A DNA stretch of 64,000 nt, from NCBI GenBank assembly GCA_002269645.1, contig NIVC01002138.1:96708-160707 (forward strand), read 5' to 3'. The position numbers and the translations under genes are program-made. A model generated the notes under the pieces. The model made no database searches. It saw nothing but the letters and a program-made list of their open reading frames with translations, and was not told where the DNA came from. This stretch comes from Macrostomum lignano (Eukaryota). The first letter of the stretch is position 1. Every line of letters begins with the position of its first letter. This document shows positions 41,353 to 64,000 of this stretch, one piece after another.

Positions 41353-42033
41353 AATGAACATCCCATATCAATACAAGCTCCCAAATCCCTAGTCTAGCTA
41401 TTGATATTAACAAGAATCCCCAAACCAACTGACCCAAATTGAGCAGTTCAGTTCAACGCAAACCTCTAGCAGGTCAGCAGCACCCAATAAAATCCAATTC
41501 AAGCCATGGCAACTCCCCAGAGGCTTTCGGCTACTTGAAAAGGCAGAAATGCGCCCTCAACCAGAGAAGCGTGCAATTTTCCGATAAAAAATGCAGCCAA
41601 ATTCTCAACACACTTTATAGGTCAATCAAGGTCACTGTAAGCGGTGATCGTTTACCTATTAAATTATTTCTTAAGCGTATAATACCGTATATTGTAATAT
41701 GCTGTTTAAAATCCGAACAATAGAGAAAGGAAATCAAATTTAATTCAAAATGGGTCGGGTTAATTAAAATTGAAAAATGAAAAACATGCATAGCTTGATA
41801 TTATTCAAATAGAAAGCACCAGACACCGCTAAGAATAAACTTTCAATTTGCTAGAAAGAAAAACTCGCTGAATCACAAGAAACTTGAAACACATTAAAAT
41901 AGCTGCATCTCGCTACTGCAAGTAGCGCAAATCGTGTAGTAGTATTACTGAACCGTTTATTACAGTCCCGAAACCAACTCGTAGCAACAGAAGTCTTTAA
42001 AAAAGTACATTCTGAACTCCCGTTGAACCGCGG

Positions 42034-44457
42034 TCACTTTGCCGCCTCCGCCTGCCGTCTTTTATCGCCGGCCTTCTCATCGTCGGGATGGAGCTCGCGC
42101 ACCGGCACGAGGCTCAGCAGCAGGAAGTGCCGCTGGTAGGCTTTACTGGCCCTGAACAGCCGGTCGGTGCCGTGCAGGCTGTCCAGCACTCCAAGCACGC
42201 CGAAGTTGTTCACAAATTTCAGATGATGAAAGTCGTGCGCCTCGGGCGAGGGAAGCAGCGGGAAGTGGTAGCCGCAGTGGGCGATGGAGGTGGAGATCAG
42301 GGCCAGGCAGAACCACACCCACACCGTCCCCAGGTGCGAGCCCATGATCAGGGGTCCGACACACGGCGGCAGTAGGTTCGATAGGACGTGCTCGATCGGG
42401 TGCGCGTACAGGGATATTATCCCAATGGGAGCTGTCCACTCGTGATGGATCTTGTGAATGTGTCTGGATAAGGCAAGGCGATGGATCTTTTGTTAACGAG
42501 ATTTACTTTCCTACTGGGGATTCGGGAAGATCATTGAGTCTGGGGATTTGGGAAGGTCATTAAGGCTGGGGATTCGGGAAGAACATTGAGTCTGGGGATT
42601 CGGCCGGGAAGCTCATTGAGTCTGGGGATTTGGGAAGCTCATTGAGTCTGGGGATTCGGGAAGATCATTGAGTCTGAGGATTCGAGAAGATCATTGAGTC
42701 TGGGGATTTGGGAAGATCATTGAGTCTGGGGATTTGGGAAGATCATTGAGTCTGGGGATTAAAAGGTCATTGAGTCTGGGGATTCGGGAAGATCATTGAG
42801 TCTGAGGATTCGAGAAGATCATTGAGTCTGGGGATTTGGGAAGATCATTGAGTCTGGGGATTAAAAGGTCATTGAGTCTGGGGATTCGGGAAGATCATTG
42901 AGTCTGGGGATTTGGGAAGATCATTGAGTCTGAGGATTCGAGAAGATCATTGAGTCTGGGGATTTGGGAAGATCATTGAGTCTGAGGATTCGAGAAGATC
43001 ATTGAGTCTGGGGATTTGGGAAGATCATTGAGTCTGAGGATTCGAGAAGATCATTGGGACTGGGGATCTGGGAATTATCATATAGAAAGTGATTCTGAAG
43101 ATTCGGGAATATCAAGGATAGATGATGGATGAATCTGACCCACCCCAAGAAAAAAAGCATAAGCATTGCTCACTTGTAGATGCTGGGGTGGTGCAGCAGC
43201 CGGTGGGAATAGTAGAAGAACACCTCTTCGGCCAGCACGCAGACGCCAATTTCAAGGATGACCCACTGCAGAGTGGGCAGCTCGCCGTGGAACACTCCGC
43301 CTCGCAGCCTGAAAGCCTGATAAGCCAGCAGGGAGAAGGGAATCCCAACAACAGTCTGGTTGAACAGCACCAGGGCGATGGCTTTGGCCAGCTGGCGCCT
43401 GTCCACTGGGGCGTTTTTGTCCGGCTGCACCTAAGGGGGGTGGGCGCGATCACAATTAGACACCTGGGTCAGAGATCACTCTCTCGCAATCTCAGACAGA
43501 GAGTCACCTGGGTCAGAGATGACCCTCGCAATCTCAAGCATAGAGTCACCTGCTTCAGAGATCACTCGCGCAATCTCGGGCATAGAGTCACCTGGGTCAG
43601 AGATGACTCTGTCGCAATCTCAGACATAGTCACCTGGGTCAGAGATGACTCTCACTCGCAATCTCAGACATGGAGTCACCTGGATCAGAGTTCACTCTCG
43701 CAATCTCGGGCATAAAGTCACCTGGGTCAGAGATGACTCTGTCGAAATCTCAGACATAGTCACCTGGGTCAGAGATGACTCTCGCAATCTCAGGCATAGA
43801 GTCACCTGGGTCAGAGATCACTCGCGCAATCTCGGGCATAGAGTCACCTGGGTCAGAGATGACTCTCTCGCAATCTCAGGCATAGAGTCACCTGGGTCAG
43901 AGATGACTCTCTCACAATCTCAGACAGAGAGTCACCTGGGTCAGAGATGACTCTCTCACAATCTCAGGCATAGAGTCACCTGGGTCAGAGATGACTCTCT
44001 CTCGCAATCTCAGGCATAGAGTCACCTGGGTCAGAGATGACTCTCTCACAATCTCAGACAGAGTCACCTGGATCAGAGATGACTCTCTCACAATCTCAGA
44101 CAGAGTCAGAGTCCCTCAGCTTGGTTACAAGACCCAAAGTCTTACCTTGTACCGCATAAGAAACTCTGGCCAATTGAAAGTGTCGAGCAGGATGAGCAGC
44201 AGGTTAAAAGACCAATACACCGTCATGGTGATGACTATGGATCCCCAGAGGCTGGCGGAAGCATCAGTGCCGCCAAAGAAGCTGTAAGCAGTATCAAATG
44301 TGCTCTGCCAGAAATCACCAGAGGCGCCCCAGAAGCGCTGGGCAAGGTCTGTCACAGTGTTCCTGGCAGCAACAAAAGCCACTAGCGAGCTGCCAATGAC
44401 AAAGGCAGCCCTGCGCAGCGAGTCAGTCCAATGCTCAGTAGCAATAGTCCGCATCAT
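42034..44457 (-). CDS. FAXDC2: Fatty acid hydroxylase domain-containing protein 2 (sterol desaturase/FA hydroxylase superfamily), 332 aa
   Basis: Exons 44457-44146, 43430-43174 and 42463-42034 sum to 999 nt in frame. His boxes HRLLH, HKIHH and HDFHH are present. QRFWGASGDFWQ, YYSHRLLHHP, HEWTAPIG.ISLYAHPIEH and HCGYH.P.LPSPE.HD.HH match human FAXDC2 as recalled. Confidence 0.95.
42525..43075. repeat. 26-bp minisatellite (GAAGATCATTGAGTCTGGGGATTCGG) filling FAXDC2 intron 2
   Basis: Period 26 (42531, 42557). Confidence 0.94.
43458..44110. repeat. ~44-bp minisatellite (GAGTCACCTGGGTCAGAGATGACTCTCTCGCAATCTCAGGCATA) filling FAXDC2 intron 1
   Basis: Period 44 (43461, 43505). Confidence 0.94.
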
Positions 44458-46095
44458 GAGTTGATCAGAGCACTGTGGAGTATTAACAATACCAAACAGA
44501 ACTCATTGAAAAAATTATTTAATTTCCTATTATAAAATACATAAAGGTTAATATTTATATTTTATATAAATGTGCCCAAGAAACTTTATTCTTACCAATT
44601 AAGAAATCACAATAAGTATTTAAAATTTCAAATTAGTAACTTTGACTAATTCTAGAAAGATAAATAGAATAAATTATGATTAAGAACTTATTCAATATTG
44701 GTAATAGGTCTATGCCTTAATATACAACTTTTGCTTAGATATTAAATAAATAAATGCATATTTAACTTTGTAGATAAATCTAATTTATTGATAGCAACTT
44801 ATTAATAAATAGCATAAGAGATATATAAGCCACTTGTATTTTAAAATACAAAATTGGTAAATAGAATGAAAATATAAAAATTAAGAAGGCTAAAAGCCAT
44901 TGCATTCTTATTACTCAAGATCAAAATTTCTGAAAAAGTTTTTATTTGCATTTGACTCAATGAAACAGTTGTTGATGTAAAATTGAGGTAATGCATGTTA
45001 GAGCATTAGCTTTGAGGACTGAGATAGACCTAATAGTTATAAATAAAGATATTAGGCCTATACTAGTATAAATTAGATTGAAGTATTGAAATAGTCAAAA
45101 AAGTATCTAAGCCTACTCGTAACTTGCAGCAGCGAGCGAATTTTTTAAAGGTCCATTCATGTTCTTTTCCAACCTTTTATAGTTTTATTTTAAGTCCAGG
45201 GGCTATTGACTCGTGTTGGCCTAAAATAGATTAGATAAGCTAATGCCCAGAGAAAAGTTTTGCACTCAATATGTAAATGTAGGCCACACCCATTTATCAT
45301 TCGATTTTGAAGCACCTTCAAATATAACTCAAGCGGGAAAAGAAACAAGCAATAAAAAACTTGCCAGAGCTGAAGTCTATTAATTGGTAAAAAATCAAAG
45401 AAAGTGACAAATAATACCACGGCCACGAAAAACTAAACTAGACATGCAAACACGTGACTAAAATCACATATTATTAAAATTTTTCTCGATCGTCTATAGG
45501 TAACCTATTTTTATAAAAAATTTCAATTAAGGTTTAAGCAATGAAGTATGTGAATTTGTTAAAAACTAATTTGTTAAAACTTGTGAAAGAATTAATCAGG
45601 TCAGTCGCTCGTAAAATTATGGCGATTAGTGGGTAGTGTAAGTGGGGCTACCACTGTACCTGTTTTTGCGTTTCAGACTTTACCTTTTCCTAGGGCTGGC
45701 CCAATCTGACAACCTTGAGGTGTACCCTATGACGTGAATTTCGTTTTCCGGGTTTGGTCCCCATATTTCCCTGTGTTGGTGCTTTTTCCCTCGTCTGGCC
45801 CTCACCCTCCTTTCGATGGCTATTTTTGTCTTTTTCACGTAATCCTGCTGCTATTTTTGTTTTTTTTTATACGCGGAGCCAAGTTGCCTATCTTCTGTAC
45901 TTTACCAAATCCACTGCATAAACCCACTTAATTTGTTCCTTCGGATGAACTATCCGCCCTTTCGCGTGATACGTGACTGAATTTACATGTATATATAACG
46001 CCTGCCGTATATAGGACTCGACTCGACTCCCTTCGCCCCCGAGTTCTCCACTTTTCTTGCGCTCCACAACTAAATTTCTCTTCAATTTGTTCTAG

Positions 46096-46676
46096 TACAC
46101 CTTTTCACGTTCAATTTGATCAAAGACAAAGTCCAGTTCTAAAAAAAACTAGCGGAAATTCAATTGAAAAATTCAGACTGAAGACAATTTTTCTATGGCT
46201 ATACCCATGGAGGAAAGAATAGAATGGAGTGCTAATCTGAGCCAGTTATTTTTATCTCGCTCGATATAACTTTTAACATCCCTTTCCCCCGTTCTTTCCT
46301 ATTGGCTCGTGACTGCCATAGACAAATTAAGTATTTTTCGTCTCGTTTTCGTTTTCGTTCCCCTCTGAAAGGTCTGTCCCAGCATAGTATGAGCTTGCAT
46401 CAAAATATGCTTTCAGCCAATAGGAAGGAACGGGGGGAAAGGGATGTTAAAAGCGAAAATCGAGCGAGATAAAAATAAGTGGCTCAGATTAGCACTCCAT
46501 TCTATTCTTTCCTCCTTGGCTAAACCTTGCTTCGGTGGCAGAATGTTTTGAACTGGGCCCTGGGGTTTGTTTTTATTGATTTTCCGTAAGCGTTGCCCCA
46601 GTCTGAATTGTCTGAATTGAATCTCCGCTAGTGTTTAGAACTGGAATTTGATCAAAATTGAACGTGAAAAGGTGTA
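46096..46676. mobile_element. Non-autonomous TIR element (MITE) with a second TIR element nested inside (46205-46519)
   Basis: Outer ~80-bp imperfect TIR TACACCTTTTCACGTTCAATTT(T)GATCAAA... / ...TTGAACGTGAAAAGGTGTA, consistent with a TA TSD. Inner ~100-bp TIR CCA(T/A)GGAGGAAAGAATAGAATGGAGTGCTAATCTGAGCC. Confidence 0.85.
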
Positions 46677-48481
46677 ATACTTCTTTAGCTCGCGTTGCAT
46701 TGCGCGACTGACGTTCTTCACCACAAAGCAATTGCCAGACAGAAAAACTAGCTATCGTTCTTCTTGGCTAGAAGCAAGTTATTAATGACTAGTCTATGGC
46801 TATAGTTGACAAGGCTCCATGAAATGGCCTAATCAGTTCAAGTCTGATCAGGTATTTTTGGCTTTTACTGGTAAATTCAGGGTTTTATAGCGAGTTCATC
46901 TTAATCATAGCTCTTAGCGTTTGCACTTCAAAAAGGGCACCTTTAGTTTAAGCTCGCAGTTAGCACTGTGCTTATTTGATGAACTGAACTGAGACTGAAA
47001 TATGTCTATGGCCAATAGATGTAGTAATAAGGAATAAAATATGGTGCATTAGAAACATTTTTTCAGCTCTATAACTAAAGTCAAAAACATTTAATTTTAG
47101 GACAGCCGAAGTAATTAGCTACTATGGTTACTTGCGTTAACTAATTTGTACTCCTTCTATTTTCCTCACAAACATTTCCCCGCTTTGTAAGCCGTTCCCA
47201 CTGTACACTATACATGTAAATGCACGTACTATGAGTCCAGGAATAGCTCGTATTATATTTCTAAATTTCTCCGGCCGTTTCTCGGAAAATTATATGAAAG
47301 AAGTACGTACGAGCTACTATATACCTACGAGTATGCCATGGTAGCAACTTTTCTTTTCATCCATTCAGAGAAATTTCACAGTACTGTACAGCTTGTGCCT
47401 GTGTCAATATAGATGGGTCCTAGCAGTCAATATACACTTAGGCAGCTTTTTCTTGTGATGTGTCAGCATAAAGTGTTAAACTCAATCAGACGATAATTTT
47501 TCTATATTATAGCCACTTTAAATCTCCTGATCGTCACGCAGTGCCGCAGTGCCGCAGCGAAGTGCGTTGGTTTCTCATCATAAAAAGTTTCAAGATTTAT
47601 TGACATTTTTGAGTGTCTGAGTAAAGCAAAAAATATATGCATATAAAGGAGTTGCATTCGCAGAAAGAAAAGTCTTTCTATTATATTGATTATCGCCGTC
47701 AATTAAATCAAGTGCGCGAACGCTTTAAAACAAAATAACATGTACAATTCTAAATTATTGTATTAATTATGCTTGCTATATTGCGAGGGGCCACTATTAT
47801 TTAATTATAGATAAGCAAGAATTATAGATTATTGAAGGGGCTACGAGTTATGAATTCAAAGCTTTGACCACTTACAGGCAGGCCTACATGAACATGTACT
47901 TGAACATGTACTTCCTGGATCTCTAGCCATTAATTACATACGGAGATACACCAGCGAGTCTGGGCAGTAAACAGATCAACATTGAGTATGAACGCTTTGA
48001 GAGCAAAATGGGGATTTTTATAACACCAAATTGAAGGAGTCGCGGGTCAGGCCATTTCTTAGAAAAATTGTGCAGTCCTGATGCGGAAGTCCAGACGCTT
48101 TGCCTTTGAGCTGCTCTCAGAAATGACCAGCCGTGACACAGAAATAGAATTAGGATCAACATTTGGGAATCCTTTTAAAATACCATCCATTGCAAATCGG
48201 CCATCAAAATTGTCTCACAGATTTCGGAATGTCTACGTGATTTTTAAGTAGCTTCTCAAAGATTAAGTAAAATCCTACTTAACTCTTATAACTCCCAGCT
48301 CAGGTGAACAGAAAGTTAGAGCCGCTGTGCACCCTGTGTGAGCGTGTGTACAGTATCGGAGCACTTTATATGCTTAGAACTGCTTCATTCCGAAGTCGTT
48401 GCCTCGGGGTGCCTGCAGCCCTCCTGTGGAATTCATTTTATTAGCATCTCACCCTCACAGCTAAAGCGCCTGAGCAAGTGC

Positions 48482-62253
<13,772 letters not shown>

Positions 62254-62782
62254 CTGCATTCTCTAGCAGATAAGTTTATCCCGACTCAACTCCCTTTTGT
62301 CCTCAAATAAGAGAGCGCCGGGAGCCGGAAGCAGCGATGGAGTTCTTCTTATCTGCAGACAGGGGCTGCTCGGCATGGGATTGGCTGCTCACAGCAGCTC
62401 AGCATTTTGAGGCTTTTGCATGTAATTTATTTCTACCAATCCATTTTCCTGAGCGAGATCAATGTATAATATTGTAATCTAAGCAAATTAATATTTGTTT
62501 AGATGCTTTTGACTGTCAAAATTGAGCTATGAAAATAATTCAAATCATTTTTTGTCATTTTTATTTCATTAGCTTCTCCAAAAGTTAGCTACTAAAACAT
62601 GAAAACTGTTTATAGTCCTACTTTTCTACTCAGAAGCTGTTGATAGTAGTATGATAAGCATATCGTGCTCTTAGATTAGCTAGCAGCCTAAAGAAGCTTA
62701 AAGTCAAACCAGTTTTACATAATACGTTGTTATTATGAAACCCGTGTGTCAATGTTACTCACGAGGGACTCACTTGTACCTT

Positions 62783-62912
62783 AGAGTACCCAGCTCATTC
62801 GGTATTTAACCTACAGAGTACCAGCCCATTCGGTATTTAACCTACAGAGTACCAGCTCATTCGGGTATTTAACCTACAGAGTACCCAGCTCATTCGGGTA
62901 TTTAACCTACAG
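62783..62912. repeat. 32-bp tandem repeat (AGAGTACCCAGCTCATTCGGTATTTAACCTAC), 4 copies
   Basis: AGAGTA at 62783, 62815 and onward. Confidence 0.9.
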
Positions 62913-63694
62913 AGGCATCGCATAGGTTTATAATTCTTTATGTGAATACCGCAATGTAAGACTGCTGCCAAGAGAGCAAATTGACTCAATGCTGAATTTA
63001 AACGCACGGCATTCCATCAGCGCGCTGTCTCGGACAGCTGGGCAATGCATTCCCTGCTTGAAGTGCAAAAGCAACAGACTCGAAAGCAAACACCCTGATA
63101 CATGATTGCTTCTGCTGTGCTGCCTGTCCTGAATCAGGCGTTAATCCAGCAGTTAACCCGAAACCGCGGCCTCTATCCGCTGGCAGAGACTAATCCAGAA
63201 GTTGATTAACTAACAGAAGAAAATAACAAAAAGGGCGCCCAGCTTGATTTTTTAAGGCTTAGCTCGTAGCTAGCTGGACGATTTCGGGCAAAAAACAAGG
63301 ATTATGAAGAAGTTGAACGGCAAGCTTAGAAGCCAAGATGTTCACCCACTGTGCCTGCAGTGTGATGAAGAAAGAGGCTGAGAGAATCTTAGTTAGCCAC
63401 AAATTAGTTCTCGGGAGAGCAGTCCCAGGTGCTCGCGGTCCTTATAAGCCAAGGGGCACTCGCTGTAACAGGCAGTCTTGACACGATTGCTTTACTAATT
63501 ATTAATGAGCTAGCTTGACGTTTTGTGTGTTTCTTTAAACAAATCTGATCAGTTTTACAAAAATCGGACCAATTTTGGAGATTAAAACTGGCAAACTTCC
63601 TGGCCATTTCTTGGAAACTGATCTCTGGAGATTTGAAGCTTTCTTAGAAAATAGATCGCTGGACCGGCGTTTCTTGGAAAGCTGGTTTTAATTT

Positions 63695-64000
63695 TTTACG
63701 GTATCTAGCTGCTTCTTGTAAATTGTAAACATTGAATTTAGTGTAGCTGTTTCTTGGAAATTGAAAACATTGAATATAGTTTAGCTGTTTCTTAGAAATG
63801 GAAAACATTGATATATAGTTAAGCTGTTTCTTAGAAATGGAAAACATTGAATATAGTTTTGCTGTTTCTTAGAAATGGAAAACAGTAAATTTTGTTTAGC
63901 TGTTTCTTAGAATTGTAAACATTGAATTTGTGTAGCTGTTTCTTGGAAATTGAAAACATTGAATATAGTTTAGCTGTTTCTAGAAATGGAAAACACTGAA
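63695..64000. repeat. 38-bp minisatellite (TTGAATATAGTTTAGCTGTTTCTTAGAAATGGAAAACA), runs off window
   Basis: About 8 copies. Confidence 0.9.

Noticed and set aside
39849-41590. Possible small plus-strand exons (DFDTIIPRIL / DFDNVITRIL duplicate; DGEQLLLQDSS; IQFKPWQLPRG)
   Set aside because: The ~35-bp duplication at 39849 and 40441 is real, but splice phases did not join and no domain was recognised.

Overview
Animal genomic DNA with short GC-rich exons, GT-AG introns and very dense tandem repeats. The composition and gene set suggest a flatworm such as Macrostomum lignano; this is inference, not verified. No prokaryotic features, CRISPR array, rRNA or intact tRNA were found. Genes reconstructed by hand: an LRRC74-like LRR gene (8 exons, minus), an aerolysin/ETX-MTX2-like pore-forming protein (single coding exon, minus), an orphan 4-TM protein (plus), FAXDC2 (3 exons, minus, 332 aa), and a transmembrane neuregulin-like EGFR ligand (Ig + EGF + TM + long tail, minus, about 48.5-62.3 kb) that has apparent 1-bp deletions. 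Two further hypothetical exons are supported more weakly. Non-genic features: a 10.6-kb 22-bp satellite with one CCCTAA per unit and nested higher-order repeats, more than 25 other mini/microsatellites (most large introns hold a different one), a tRNA-derived SINE family with about 7 copies, a SINE split by a truncated LINE, a nested MITE, and a tRNA-B-box-derived 78-bp tandem array. I cannot show a single wholly new system from sequence alone. The best leads are the telomere-hexamer HOR satellite, the neuregulin-like gene, the aerolysin-like gene and the seeding of minisatellites by dispersed elements.
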